Both the position numbers and the translations under genes were made by a program. Below, piece by piece: positions 17,378 to 28,792 of a stretch of DNA of 64,000 nucleotides (positions within the stretch are counted from its first letter, which is position 1; the number at the start of each line of letters is the position of its first letter). The stretch covers positions 32,001 through 96,000 of IMG/VR virus record IMGVR_UViG_3300025405_000011, one strand, 5' to 3'. The DNA is from a virus. The notes under the pieces are model-generated. The model was not told the DNA's origin, searched no databases, and saw only the letters and a program-made list of their open reading frames with translations.

Positions 17378-20300
17378 GAATATAAATCTATTCCATATGC
17401 GCCTACATTACTAGAAACTTGAGCTAGTCCAAATCTAGTGGGGTGTGGGTCTGAGTTTAATAGAAAGTAAGGTTTTTGGTGTACATCTAGTCGAGTATAA
17501 CTTTCATTATTTTTAGAGCTACCGATATAGTCTATGTCTATGTTTGTATAGTAGGGGCTCTGAGAATAGACTGGTACTATGGTTACTCCCGAAGCAAAAG
17601 TATTGGGAGTTAGTGCAGTTAGTCTTAATTGTATTCCACTTACAGTCGTACCAATATTAATAGTAGTATTTGGATTATTAATGTCTACTACTATTGGAGT
17701 CCAGTTGGGACTAGAACTATTGGTACTATATTCATATCGTACAGGGAAATAGAAAGGTGCAAACATAGATATAAATAATGGTTCATTTACTGAAGTGTTC
17801 ACTTGCTCAATTATAACATTGAAATTAGTATAGTTCGAACTAGGAGTATAAGAAGTAATACCTAGATCAATCCAAGTTTGAATCGGTAAAGAGCCACCGG
17901 CATAAGTCCTAGACACTAGAGTCACTGTACTGCCCGTAACTATGTTAACTGCATTTAAAAAGAGTTTGTAAGTTCCGTTATTAGTGGACGGCAAAAATAC
18001 TCGAGCTACTCCACTAACTCGCATATTAGATCTATCTTCAGTTGAAATCCAAGTGTTTGTAGGGGTATTAAAAGCACCCAATTGGTATAGGGATACTGCA
18101 GTATTACCACTAGAAGTAATCTTTAACTGAATAGTATTAGAAGGTACTGAACCAGTCCACATAGTGCCACTAAGGACTGTTTGACCATAACCACCACTAG
18201 TAATAGTGGTAACTGTACCAGTGACTGTAGTACCAGCAATTCCAGAACCTGTAGTGGGGTTAATAAATTGACTGGTAAATGTTAACTTATCATTGACTGT
18301 ACTTTTACCACTAGAAGTTGTTGTTGTTCCAGCTCCAATTAAGAAATAGTATTGAGGAAAAGTATAGTTACCACTAACAGTTACATAGCTACCCATACCC
18401 ACAGTACCGTCTGGGCTATACCCTAATTGTGGTTTCCAAGACTGTAGTCCACTAGGAGAAATAATATTCGGTACCGGAAAGTTATAGGCCATATAGCCAT
18501 TAGTTGCACCAGAGAAGGTCAGGGAATTAACAACTCCATTGCTAATGCCACTAGAAGTATATAGAGTAGTAGTACCAGTACTTGTAGTTACTCCAGGTCC
18601 AGTGACCCAACTATTGGTGAGATAGTTATAACCCGATACACTAATAAAGTTAGCGTCATAATAAGGTATTAGGTTACTTTGTGAAGGATAGGGCCCAGAC
18701 TGTAATCCATATATCTGTCCCGCTGTATTACCACTTACAAGAATGATTCTACTACTACCCAACTTACCGAAAGGTTTTGGTATAGAGTTAATACCATAGT
18801 TTAATACAGAACTATCCGTCATTAAAGTTTGTGAGTCAGTTAAGAAACTGTTCCAGTCATTGGTCAACCCAGCAACTTTAAAACTACTAAATCCATCCAA
18901 AGTATTAAAAAATGGAGTAAGAGCATATTCATCAGTGTTTAGTAATACATAATTATTGCTCTGACTAGTAAATCCTGAGTTAGTTCCATTTTTGGAAATA
19001 AAAGTAGTTGGCATAGTAGACAAGTATGACTGATTTGTTTGATAGTAAAAGCTCAAAGACTGTAGTCCAGTAAAGTATGCTTGATTCCAAGTTTGGTTAA
19101 CATTAATTTGCTGGTACTGATGCTTAGTAGCATAAGGAAATCTTCTGGTTAAGAACTGATTGTAACTAGCATTGTTATAGACTCCATTATAGTCTAGTAA
19201 TTTATAACTAGTACTGGGGTCACTTACATATGAAGTAGTGGTTAATCCTTGCACTGTACTATTGTCCAACTGAGAATTGTTTAGTGCTGAAAGTGATGGC
19301 CAGTTATTAGAATTACTGGTTTGTGTATTACCTAAACCAAAAATAGTTGAAGTACTAAGTTGATTTGCACCGTTGGTTGGGGCTATATAATCATTATTAC
19401 TATATACTGTATAATTGTTACTATTTATATCTTGAATAGTATTTTCTAAGTTTTCGTAATATTGTTCTACCCAATAAGGAAAAGCATTAAAGACTCTAGG
19501 AATAGTATCTGTTGCTAGATCGTATACTTCCCCGGATAGTTCTGTAAACTCTAATTTTAAGTAACTGGCATTAATGGTTGGAAACTCATAAAAACCCTTA
19601 CGAAGTATAAAGTCTCTTTGCACTGGATACCATACACAGTTACTAAAATCTAGTGGGGTGTCTAGAGTATCAATCTGTGAACTTAGAGGAACCACTGGTG
19701 CATCATTGGTATAATATAGATTCATTCTACAATTAGAATAGAGTGGGTTTGTATACATTCTATTAATGTTACTTGGAGTAACCTGCATTGTAGCAGTATT
19801 AGTACCAGACCCCACTAGAGTGGCATTAGTTCCAATTTGAGTATAGAAATATACAACTGCATCTTTTACAGGCTGAGGAGCACACTTCCAATAGGTTCCA
19901 AAAGCAGCATTAGTACCTCCAAAAAGAGTTCCCACTGAGTCAATAACTGGTTGATAGTTTTCAGTGAACCCTAATGCATTTTGAGTGGTTATAACTGGAA
20001 ATGCTGGAACATTATCATCATATATATTATATGAACCAGTAGTGGTAGCATCACTCAGTTCTACAATATTTAGTCTTATTGAAAATTGTTCAATACCTAC
20101 ACTGTAGGGAATATTGATAGCAACCCCACCATTGGTTGGAATTTGTTGAACAGCTACATTTCTAGTTATAACTACCTGTATAGAACCATTAGCAGGAATC
20201 AATTGTGTTCCTATGGTGTTGTAAGTAATAGTCTGCCAATCAGTAGTGGTAAGTATATCATTACCACCCTCTACTGTAGCAGTGTAAAGTTGATTGCCTA

Positions 20301-20664
20301 AACTATCCAGTAGTTTTACTGTACAAGGTACATTAAGTACATTAAAAGAAACTGCATTATAGTAGGTGTTAATTGAGAAATTGTAGGTTAGTACAATAGG
20401 AATACTATTAGTTCCACCAAAATCACGAGCTGAAATCCAGCTAGTTGGAGGATTGGGGGCTAGGGTAATGAGAGAATTATTGGTGTCAGTTTGATTGAGA
20501 CTTGGGTCAAGATAAGACGGGTTAGTTGCTGAACCTAGAGTATCAATTACTCCAGTATAAGCATATACTCCATCTACGACTAGACCATCAACAGTCATAG
20601 CAGCACTAACATTAGGGATTACATAGTCTTGTAATGGATCTGTATTATATGAATTAACAGGCAT
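17374..20664 (-). CDS. Large baseplate / minor tail protein
   Basis: 1096 aa, beta-rich S/T/N composition, last gene of the baseplate block. Confidence 0.65.
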   Translation of the reverse strand: MPVNSYNTDPLQDYVIPNVSAAMTVDGLVVDGVYAYTGVIDTLGSATNPSYLDPSLNQTDTNNSLITLAPNPPTSWISARDFGGTNSIPIVLTYNFSINTYYNAVSFNVLNVPCTVKLLDSLGNQLYTATVEGGNDILTTTDWQTITYNTIGTQLIPANGSIQVVITRNVAVQQIPTNGGVAINIPYSVGIEQFSIRLNIVELSDATTTGSYNIYDDNVPAFPVITTQNALGFTENYQPVIDSVGTLFGGTNAAFGTYWKCAPQPVKDAVVYFYTQIGTNATLVGSGTNTATMQVTPSNINRMYTNPLYSNCRMNLYYTNDAPVVPLSSQIDTLDTPLDFSNCVWYPVQRDFILRKGFYEFPTINASYLKLEFTELSGEVYDLATDTIPRVFNAFPYWVEQYYENLENTIQDINSNNYTVYSNNDYIAPTNGANQLSTSTIFGLGNTQTSNSNNWPSLSALNNSQLDNSTVQGLTTTSYVSDPSTSYKLLDYNGVYNNASYNQFLTRRFPYATKHQYQQINVNQTWNQAYFTGLQSLSFYYQTNQSYLSTMPTTFISKNGTNSGFTSQSNNYVLLNTDEYALTPFFNTLDGFSSFKVAGLTNDWNSFLTDSQTLMTDSSVLNYGINSIPKPFGKLGSSRIILVSGNTAGQIYGLQSGPYPSQSNLIPYYDANFISVSGYNYLTNSWVTGPGVTTSTGTTTLYTSSGISNGVVNSLTFSGATNGYMAYNFPVPNIISPSGLQSWKPQLGYSPDGTVGMGSYVTVSGNYTFPQYYFLIGAGTTTTSSGKSTVNDKLTFTSQFINPTTGSGIAGTTVTGTVTTITSGGYGQTVLSGTMWTGSVPSNTIQLKITSSGNTAVSLYQLGAFNTPTNTWISTEDRSNMRVSGVARVFLPSTNNGTYKLFLNAVNIVTGSTVTLVSRTYAGGSLPIQTWIDLGITSYTPSSNYTNFNVIIEQVNTSVNEPLFISMFAPFYFPVRYEYSTNSSSPNWTPIVVDINNPNTTINIGTTVSGIQLRLTALTPNTFASGVTIVPVYSQSPYYTNIDIDYIGSSKNNESYTRLDVHQKPYFLLNSDPHPTRFGLAQVSSNVGAYGIDLYS

Positions 20665-21611
20665 TATTGTGCTCCATAAACAGTAGCTGTAATACTAAGA
20701 CTTGGATTGGATAGACTATCTTGTGGGAGTGCTGTACCATCTCCTGTTAAAGTTACACTATTAATATTTCTAGTCAAATCTATAGTCTTTTCTTGAGTTT
20801 GTAAGTGTGCAAATACTGGTGCAGTTATAGTTGATGAATTTTGTAGCCAATAACGTGTACTAGAACCCGGTTGTTTTACTGTTGGAGTATTGATGTTGGA
20901 TGCTTGTACTGTTCTTTGCATATAAAAGTTTTCTGAATAATTTTCTGTAGCACTAACCCATACTGCTGTAATGTCTTGAAGAAGAGCTTGGGGAGTTCCA
21001 AAAGATACTACAAAGTTACTGGGTAGTAATAGACCCATAACTTGTAAGAGTGCATTAGCTTTGTCTTGTGTCCAAGTTACTTTACCAACATTATCTATAG
21101 TAGGCACTAGTACTACTTCAGTAGTAAGAGAACCAAATCGGCCTAGATTAGGAGTTTTCCAGCTTTCTACTACGGTAAAAGGTATTTGAGTAATGGCTTC
21201 AGCTAGAGTCAATATCCCCCAGACTGTAGCTCCCAATTGGAAAGCTTCTGCAGCACCCAATAGACGTTCTCTGTAGCTAGCGTCTTTACGAGAAATTTCT
21301 TGCCAACTATTAACAGTCAACTGGTCAATAAAAGGGTTAGTAGAAAAACTATAGATTTCTGAAGATAGTCTTTTAATATTAAGGATTGAACCTAGAATAG
21401 TATCTAAGTTTGAAAATTCTACATTTTGTTGAATAAGTCTTGCAACAGTCTGTAGCATAGATAACTGACCGGTACCGGCATTACCCAGCATAGTTTTCAT
21501 AAGTAGAGTTAGATTATCATTAGAGTCAAAGTTATAGACGTCATCAGGAAAGTTTTGTACTTTTTGATCAAAAGTTGGATGAAGTATAATGGGGAAAAGA
21601 TTACCAGCCAT
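20664..21611 (-). CDS. Baseplate wedge protein (gpI-like)
   Basis: Follows baseplate J; LD.I.G...R...DASYRERL...GATVWGI pattern. Confidence 0.7.
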   Translation of the reverse strand: MAGNLFPIILHPTFDQKVQNFPDDVYNFDSNDNLTLLMKTMLGNAGTGQLSMLQTVARLIQQNVEFSNLDTILGSILNIKRLSSEIYSFSTNPFIDQLTVNSWQEISRKDASYRERLLGAAEAFQLGATVWGILTLAEAITQIPFTVVESWKTPNLGRFGSLTTEVVLVPTIDNVGKVTWTQDKANALLQVMGLLLPSNFVVSFGTPQALLQDITAVWVSATENYSENFYMQRTVQASNINTPTVKQPGSSTRYWLQNSSTITAPVFAHLQTQEKTIDLTRNINSVTLTGDGTALPQDSLSNPSLSITATVYGAQ

Positions 21612-24034
21612 TAGAAATTACTCATTCCCTTAACTGTAAAGTTAACTGCATTAAGAACTGGCAATTGATTACTAGATAGTAGGAAGTCACTATTTTTATT
21701 AGTTCCGATGGTTGTAGTACCGTCTAGTGACATAATACTAATACTATTTACTCTAACATTATTTACTCCAACTATACCCACTATTTGAGAGAGAATATTG
21801 GCAAATGAAATGACTCCCAGATAAGGAACTTGATTAAGATAACTACTTAGAGTATTACTTATGGCTGAATTAACACTGGCTTGATTACTACCTGGAGTAT
21901 AGACAATTGTAAGGTTAATGTTTAGAGGTACAAAAGTAGCTTGATGAACTAATGTATTTACTCCAATGGGGCGAGATTGTTGTATTAGGTTTTCTACATT
22001 AGTAACATCATAGTTAATATAATGCATATAAGTGCCCCAAGTGTTAGTATTAGGGATACTCCATCCTGCATTATAGGTTGAGCTCTCTATTCCTAGCCCA
22101 GTCATACTAAGTATACTATTACTTGTACGAGTGTTGTCATAGAGTGGATAAACTATAGTTCGACCAGTTAATGTACCCGTAGCACCACCAGAACCCAGTA
22201 CTGTATTATTGAGATATACTCCACTACTAACAACCTGGCTAATATAGGAGAAAGCTGGAATTATTGCTCCACTAGGTAGAGTTAGACCACAGTAGATGTA
22301 GGTATTGGCATTGGGTACTGAAATAAAGTTTGTACCACTAATAGCAGTACCACTAAAAGAGACAGGTCCTGCTCCATGACCCGAGTTATAGTAGTTGTCT
22401 GCTATAGGATAAGTAACTCCACTACCGACAGTAGTATTAAAGACATAAATAGAGTCACATATTCCAGAGTTACTGGTAGTAATTTGACTAGGAAAAGTAA
22501 TACAAGGCTGCTGAGTTAGCTGTATATAGTAGTCACCACTAGCTACTATTGCACTACTACCGTTAGCCATAATATAGTTATTGGCATTTAAGTAAGTAGG
22601 GCCACCAGTGCCACTTAAAATTTGAGTAGTATTAAATACCACTTGTTCAGTTACTTGATAGGTACTAGTACCATTAATAAATATATCAGCATAGTTAGAG
22701 ATATTGGGCATAGTCGCACTAGCACGAGAGCAAGCTGGGGTATACTCTGAAATTACTTCTATTGTACTACCAATAAAGAGTGCAGGATTATTGGCATTAT
22801 TAAGTATGGTTAGAGAGAGTTGAGGAGTTGGATTAGTAGGATATAGATAGTCTACGTTATTGCTATATACAGTCTGAGTAGGGGTATTGAGATATTGTCC
22901 TACAAGTTCTCCACCTTGTGGAAAAATATAGCCTGAATAAGTAGTTCCATATCCAACATCTGGGTTATTGGAAGTAACTGACTCAGAGTAAGTAAAACCA
23001 CTTATAGTGGTAACTCCACTAAGAGTAGTTCCACTAACTGTAAGTCTATAGGGACTACCACTAAGTGCTGTAATTGTTAGTGCATTACCATTAATAGTAC
23101 TGCCAGTAGGGGTAACTGTAAAGTTAAAACCACTAGAAACTAGTGTAGGGTAGACTCCAGATACCAAAGCAGTTAATCCAGCAGCAAGTGTAGTTCCTGT
23201 AGTACTGCCTAAAAATCCACTAGAAGCTACAGTTGTAGTTGCATTATAGGTGACTCCATTAATGGTTTGTCCACTATAAGCTACTAATTGAAACTTAACA
23301 GTATTGGTACCACTAGTACCACTAATTGTAGATACTACCTGTAGTTGCTCATCATAGTACTGTTGAGGTCCTATAGAGTTTGCTGCAGTAACATTTGAGT
23401 CTTGTAGAGCAGTAAGAGTATACTTGTTACTAGTACCAACATTATTACTAAATACTGTACTAGTCCAACGACTACGAAGTTGACTATCGGTTTCTGGATC
23501 AACTCCACCTGCAATACTAGAACTATTAGTTACTGAAGTAATACCCACTAGTGTTTGACCCAGACTAGTTATAGAACCAGCAGCAACATTGCCCAAAGTT
23601 CCAGCCAGTACAGCAGTGACTGGAACATCAACACTAAATGAACCAATAGGTATAATGGCTGGTGAACTAGTTATAAAGTAGATTACGTTAGGGTTTGTAG
23701 GAGAAATCGGTACTACTACTTGAGTACCTGCTGCAATAGAGTAAATACTGGTAGCAGCTGTAGCTACAGAAAAAGTAACAACACCATTAGATCTCTTACC
23801 CAGTTGTCGATAAAGTCCAAATAGATTAACAAAAGCATCTAGCTCTGGTCCAAACTTAGTATTAACATCATAACTGTAAGTTTGTAGAGTAGCATTGTTG
23901 CTAGCATTAGCAATTTCTTGTGCTACTGATTCAAAGATCTTGTAAGTAGCACTACCAACACTAGTGTCCCAGGATGGGTCTGAAAGTGAGAGTGCTGATA
24001 ATAGTCTATTTAGTACTGAACTAGCGTTAGCCAT
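21611..24034 (-). CDS. Baseplate J-like wedge protein with a large central insertion
   Basis: G.ELD....FG..R, AGT.GNV.AGSI, GGVDPETDSQLR.R. Confidence 0.9.
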   Translation of the reverse strand: MANASSVLNRLLSALSLSDPSWDTSVGSATYKIFESVAQEIANASNNATLQTYSYDVNTKFGPELDAFVNLFGLYRQLGKRSNGVVTFSVATAATSIYSIAAGTQVVVPISPTNPNVIYFITSSPAIIPIGSFSVDVPVTAVLAGTLGNVAAGSITSLGQTLVGITSVTNSSSIAGGVDPETDSQLRSRWTSTVFSNNVGTSNKYTLTALQDSNVTAANSIGPQQYYDEQLQVVSTISGTSGTNTVKFQLVAYSGQTINGVTYNATTTVASSGFLGSTTGTTLAAGLTALVSGVYPTLVSSGFNFTVTPTGSTINGNALTITALSGSPYRLTVSGTTLSGVTTISGFTYSESVTSNNPDVGYGTTYSGYIFPQGGELVGQYLNTPTQTVYSNNVDYLYPTNPTPQLSLTILNNANNPALFIGSTIEVISEYTPACSRASATMPNISNYADIFINGTSTYQVTEQVVFNTTQILSGTGGPTYLNANNYIMANGSSAIVASGDYYIQLTQQPCITFPSQITTSNSGICDSIYVFNTTVGSGVTYPIADNYYNSGHGAGPVSFSGTAISGTNFISVPNANTYIYCGLTLPSGAIIPAFSYISQVVSSGVYLNNTVLGSGGATGTLTGRTIVYPLYDNTRTSNSILSMTGLGIESSTYNAGWSIPNTNTWGTYMHYINYDVTNVENLIQQSRPIGVNTLVHQATFVPLNINLTIVYTPGSNQASVNSAISNTLSSYLNQVPYLGVISFANILSQIVGIVGVNNVRVNSISIMSLDGTTTIGTNKNSDFLLSSNQLPVLNAVNFTVKGMSNF

Positions 24035-24479
24035 TGGTTACTGTAACTCCATTATTTCCTATAGAAACACTAAGATTGACTAAACTTCCTGACAATGTCT
24101 CAATGTTTACGTTTGCAAGAATACTATTAAAACCTAGTTCAACAGTTATATTTTGTACTTTCTGTATAACTTCATCTTGACTATAGTAGGCAAGCTGTGC
24201 TGAATTTTGTGCTGCTCTTAAATCAAGAATCTGCTGACCTTGGTATAGTTGTAGTACTCTAAGTATTTCTGTACTTACCATATTAGTACTAGCAGCTGTT
24301 TGAGGCGTACCGATCATGGCAGAGAGGGTAGAGCCAAAACCTGGAGTGGTCCAACCAGTGCCCAAAGGTTCTTGTAACCATCGAGTGATGTCTTCAACTA
24401 ACTTAGTGGTACCCTTGGCAAATAATAGCTTACCGCTATTTACCTGAATATCACCATTACGTACAACTAGTGTCTTCAT
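24027..24479 (-). CDS. Baseplate wedge / sheath initiator (gp25-like)
   Basis: NGDI...L.EPLG....P.FGS.L...IG motif, directly before J. Confidence 0.8.
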   Translation of the reverse strand: MKTLVVRNGDIQVNSGKLLFAKGTTKLVEDITRWLQEPLGTGWTTPGFGSTLSAMIGTPQTAASTNMVSTEILRVLQLYQGQQILDLRAAQNSAQLAYYSQDEVIQKVQNITVELGFNSILANVNIETLSGSLVNLSVSIGNNGVTVTNG

Positions 24480-24510
24480 ATTAACTTAGTGTCTTTCCGG
24501 GATGTATACA

Positions 24511-25248
24511 TTAGTAGACGTCTCCTACATAGGTCACTGTCATCCAAGTTCCTGCTGTGGATAACTGTGCATAGTTAGAGACATTGGAAGTTACTGAAAA
24601 GCTTCCTGAAACTGTAGGTATGTAGAGAGTGTCTGATAGGTTAATAGAGTTAGTTCCCGTAGAATAGACACTAGAAGCAGCTCCACTAATAGTAGTACAG
24701 TTTAGAGTATTGGTTAGTGTACCACCGTTTATAGAAGGAGATACTGTTAAGTTAACATTATAGTACCCGGGAACTGGTACCGTTATAGAACCGCCTGAGT
24801 AGACAATATTTCCAAATGTACCCGAATGAGTGGTATTGGTAGTCCAGTTTAAAGTCTGACTATAAGGTTGATTCCAAGTATTACCACTAATAGTACTTAC
24901 TCCCAGCTTAATAGAATTAGAGAGAGAAAATCGTGCATAAGACTCAGGAGTTAGAGAAGTAAAGACATTCGGGTCACTATACTTGTTTAGTATACCAGCA
25001 TAAGCAAAAAGACGTATTAGAGTGGATCTTTTTTCTACCCACCAGACTTGATTGGGTTGAATCATATTAAGAGTAACCCTAGGGGGGAGAGACATAAGAT
25101 CTACCTGGTACTGAAAACCCTTCATATCTCTAGCCAAACAATAAGTGTTATTGGCAACTGAACTTAGAGGATGCTGAATTGGTGGGCTTAAAATAATAAC
25201 TTTTCTAACTAACTGGTTGTAACTGCCAGTGTTCTTAGGGACAACCAT
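24511..25248 (-). CDS. Minor tail / spike-like protein with C1q-like C-terminus
   Basis: Position after the hub; C-terminal ITVPVPGYYNV...TWMTVTYVG. Confidence 0.5.
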   Translation of the reverse strand: MVVPKNTGSYNQLVRKVIILSPPIQHPLSSVANNTYCLARDMKGFQYQVDLMSLPPRVTLNMIQPNQVWWVEKRSTLIRLFAYAGILNKYSDPNVFTSLTPESYARFSLSNSIKLGVSTISGNTWNQPYSQTLNWTTNTTHSGTFGNIVYSGGSITVPVPGYYNVNLTVSPSINGGTLTNTLNCTTISGAASSVYSTGTNSINLSDTLYIPTVSGSFSVTSNVSNYAQLSTAGTWMTVTYVGDVY

Positions 25249-25250
25249 AA

Positions 25251-28079
25251 CTACCAGCTCGTTTTCTGTACTTGGCCTTGGAAGCCCATTAGGCCTGTAT
25301 GTGGAGCATTTGCATTACTCTTGATGTTTGCTTCTGTCCAACCTGTACCAAACATATTGAGTCCATAGTCTAGTAAAGAACCATTTTTAATAGGGGCAGT
25401 AAAGGCAGCAGTGGTAGTAAACCCTGAAGTACGAGAACCCTGATGTTGTACATTTACACAATAGAACTCATAACTATCAGTTCCACCACTTTCATTGTCA
25501 AGACTCATCTTAACTCTCATACCCGGATAGAGCTCGGGCATATAGGTGAGACTTACTTGACTAACGAACTGATCTGTCCACTTTTTCATAAAGACCATGA
25601 GTGCATAGAGATATTCTAGTGCATGTGTGTGAATCATTTGCTGTTCTTCTACATATGGTCTCATACCATATTTATTTAAAAAATCTACAGAGTTTTTCAT
25701 TGCTGTAGTTAGTGCTTCTGCATTAAGATTTAATGCTCCAAATAGAACCTGCATTGTACTAGTGTCTTGTATACTAACTATACCATTTGTACTTAGATAG
25801 TCACCAGTAGTAACTTGCTGCCCAATACCGGTAGTGTCTCCAACTATACCTACATGAGTGGTCAATTGTGAGTCATCATGATAGATTTGAAAGTCTATTA
25901 CTTCTACATCACTAATTTCAAGTGTAGGAGTTGTAGTATAAATACCATAATAATCTGGAAACCAAGCTACAAAATCTCCATTGGGAGCACTCTGGAAGTT
26001 TCTTAAACCAGCACCCACTATTTGCTGAAGATCAGCAATCAAAGGGTTGTCCATAATAAAAGATCTAGGAGTACCTAGATAGGCTAGTGATCTAACATCA
26101 ATAGTTGGAGCACCATATGCAGTATTCCAAGAATTGGTTAAGTTTAGACTACTACTATTGTTAGCATTGGCAGCAGCATTGGCAGCACCACTTGTATTTT
26201 GATTAAGCCCAGTATAGTTAGCAGAAAGTGTTATAGGCCTTCTGGCTCCTAGGTATTGAGTTCCCTTACCGCTATACACTTGACTATTAGAAGCTACTGT
26301 CCCACCCTTTATAGTATTCCAGTTAAGAGTCGAAGGCCCCTGCATTGGACCAGGGCCCCCAGTACCGATTTGTGTTCCATTTCCACTACTATCAAAGTCA
26401 CTATAGAGCATTATGACATGACTAGGTGCATTATTGGCAGTTTTTACTCCTGGAAAATTAAAAAATAGCAAATCTCCTTTTTGTGGCTTTGTATTTACAT
26501 CAAGGTATAGACCAGCAGGACCCCCTGACTTACCGGCTACTCCACCAGAAGCTCCAAATTGAGCTCCAGTGTAAGTTCCGATATCTATACCAGCACCATT
26601 TTTCCAACACCAATACATTAGGGCAGAGCAGTCAAAACTTACACTCGATGCACTAGCATTAGGGCTACTTTGAAGTCCACGATTAGTTTCACTATATTTA
26701 GAACCCACTCTACTCTTGGCTAGGGCCAATACTTTGTCTACAGTGCTACTAAGTACTTTAGAACCACTAGTTGTATTAGTGCCATAGGTAGATTGAATGT
26801 TTTTAGCAGCAGCCTTTTCAAGTGCAGTTTGTGGACCAAAGGCACTAATTTGTGTACTGTCTCCCCAAGTGACATTTATATTGGAGAGTACACTACCAGC
26901 AACTGGAGTATTCTTTGCAGTAATGGAAGTAGGGTCAGTACCATCCTGTAGATAAGCCCATACTCCCGGGTGTATTTGAAGAGTATTCTTGAGTTTGGGG
27001 TCATAGTTTCCAAATTTGTCTTGAGGAACTGAAGTTGCTCTTAAGACAACAATGTGTCCTGTATCATTATTACTAACCACTATTGGGCGTCCACTTTTAT
27101 TACCAGCACTAGCAATATTTCCAAAATCTTCAGCAAGCCATTGTTTTGCTACTGAGATTGAATCGTCTATGTTTTTTCTTTGAGCTAGAGTAGCTCCTGC
27201 AGGGTGAGTGACTTCTAAGTAGGCCCAATCAGCAGTACACCAATATATATCATGATGCAATATACTAAGGTCCCCATTGTTATCATTAATTACATCTAGA
27301 GCAGGCAAAGGATATGGATAGTATTCACCGGTACTACTTTTGTGTAGTAGAGGGACTGCTTTACTAGCACTAAATGTTGTATGTGCTGGTGCACCACTAT
27401 AGGTAATGTTTGTACTACCACCCAAACTTGTAGTAGAGTTTCCAGCAGTAATTCCAGCAACTCCTAGTATGGTAGAGAGCTCTGTTACAACATTTTGGTC
27501 TAGTTCATTTTGAGCTGTAGTTAGATTACTATAGGCAGCACTAGCAAAATTTATAAAGTTTTGTGGAATACCTTGTACATGAATATGAGCAGCATCCCAA
27601 CCTGCAACTCTACTGAGTATGTTTACTAGAGCTTGGTCGACTCCACCGTCACTATTGACAGTTTTATTATTGCTCATAGCTGCAGTATCCATATAATTAA
27701 GTAGCAATTGTTGAAACTCTACGAGAGTATTGTCCCAATAAGTCATCTGCAATTGATAGAGAGTACAGCTAGCCTGAATAGTTACTGGAGTAGGCACTAG
27801 TGTTTCTATTGGAGCATAAGTAACATAACCGGCAAAAGCCTGTACCCAAGTGGTTCTTTTTAAGAATACTACTATTCGATCCATCGTATTGATAGTTCTG
27901 TTATATTTTCTTCTAGGATTGTTAAGAGTACACTGAAAAGTACTAACAGCATTAGTCTGTCTATTCATATTGAAATCAGTTAGGTCTTCAGAGACATCTA
28001 CTGCTCCATTTTGTTGAGTATAGATTACCACTCGAACGTCTGGGCTATAGACAAAAGTACCGGACTTATTAAATGTCAT
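25251..28079 (-). CDS. Baseplate hub protein with NlpC/P60 peptidoglycan peptidase domain
   Basis: N-terminal YSP...DVSEDL hub region, internal FDCSAL...GDLLF...HV, C-terminal MPELYPGMR. Confidence 0.85.
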   Translation of the reverse strand: MTFNKSGTFVYSPDVRVVIYTQQNGAVDVSEDLTDFNMNRQTNAVSTFQCTLNNPRRKYNRTINTMDRIVVFLKRTTWVQAFAGYVTYAPIETLVPTPVTIQASCTLYQLQMTYWDNTLVEFQQLLLNYMDTAAMSNNKTVNSDGGVDQALVNILSRVAGWDAAHIHVQGIPQNFINFASAAYSNLTTAQNELDQNVVTELSTILGVAGITAGNSTTSLGGSTNITYSGAPAHTTFSASKAVPLLHKSSTGEYYPYPLPALDVINDNNGDLSILHHDIYWCTADWAYLEVTHPAGATLAQRKNIDDSISVAKQWLAEDFGNIASAGNKSGRPIVVSNNDTGHIVVLRATSVPQDKFGNYDPKLKNTLQIHPGVWAYLQDGTDPTSITAKNTPVAGSVLSNINVTWGDSTQISAFGPQTALEKAAAKNIQSTYGTNTTSGSKVLSSTVDKVLALAKSRVGSKYSETNRGLQSSPNASASSVSFDCSALMYWCWKNGAGIDIGTYTGAQFGASGGVAGKSGGPAGLYLDVNTKPQKGDLLFFNFPGVKTANNAPSHVIMLYSDFDSSGNGTQIGTGGPGPMQGPSTLNWNTIKGGTVASNSQVYSGKGTQYLGARRPITLSANYTGLNQNTSGAANAAANANNSSSLNLTNSWNTAYGAPTIDVRSLAYLGTPRSFIMDNPLIADLQQIVGAGLRNFQSAPNGDFVAWFPDYYGIYTTTPTLEISDVEVIDFQIYHDDSQLTTHVGIVGDTTGIGQQVTTGDYLSTNGIVSIQDTSTMQVLFGALNLNAEALTTAMKNSVDFLNKYGMRPYVEEQQMIHTHALEYLYALMVFMKKWTDQFVSQVSLTYMPELYPGMRVKMSLDNESGGTDSYEFYCVNVQHQGSRTSGFTTTAAFTAPIKNGSLLDYGLNMFGTGWTEANIKSNANAPHTGLMGFQGQVQKTSW

Positions 28080-28792
28080 TTAGTAGGCAATCCTTTTGTT
28101 GGCGCATTATTGATAAGAGTTTGTGTATCAGTCCAGTCACCATTATAGTTCCTTTGAGTGGCTGCAGTAGGGGCAAAAGCTACATTTGTCCCATTCATCA
28201 TAGAAGTTGGTGCAGTACCAGCAGTATTGGGATTAATAATGTTCATGGTATAGGTTTTAAAGAATACTGTCTTAAAACGAGCGTATTCTTTTTCTGAAGA
28301 CTGTATCCAACCTTCAAAACTTAAAGGTGCTAGTTTTGTCCCAGCAAACTTATTGGGCTTACTTGGATCACTCCAAGAATAAGAGGTTAGAGGATCAGGG
28401 GTTGTAGTATTAGAAGCTACATCTCCAGGACTATAGTGCAGAGACATAGGTTGTGGAATAGTAGAAGAAGTCATAGCCAGTTGATGCTGTCTAATGGCAT
28501 CTTGAAATTTATTCATACGAGTAAACCCATCTCGGTAATCTATTCCTTCAAAACCCAAAGGAATACTATTTAGATGTCTAGTAGCAGTCTGTAGAGGCCA
28601 AGCAATAGTAAAGGTAGCAAACATTTCACTACGTCTAATGGGAATGAAATTCATACCAGTTTGTAGTTGCTGAGCAGCATACTGATTGTCAGTAGCAGTA
28701 GAGATACTGGTTATATATACTTCATAAGGAAGTAATTTATTTTGTGCAGTACTATATAGATAGACTATTGCGTTCCCAGCCATTGCTGCCAA
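28076..28792 (-). CDS. Minor tail protein
   Basis: Between tape measure and hub; probable start MAGNA at 28783. Confidence 0.6.
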   Translation of the reverse strand: MAAMAGNAIVYLYSTAQNKLLPYEVYITSISTATDNQYAAQQLQTGMNFIPIRRSEMFATFTIAWPLQTATRHLNSIPLGFEGIDYRDGFTRMNKFQDAIRQHQLAMTSSTIPQPMSLHYSPGDVASNTTTPDPLTSYSWSDPSKPNKFAGTKLAPLSFEGWIQSSEKEYARFKTVFFKTYTMNIINPNTAGTAPTSMMNGTNVAFAPTAATQRNYNGDWTDTQTLINNAPTKGLPTK

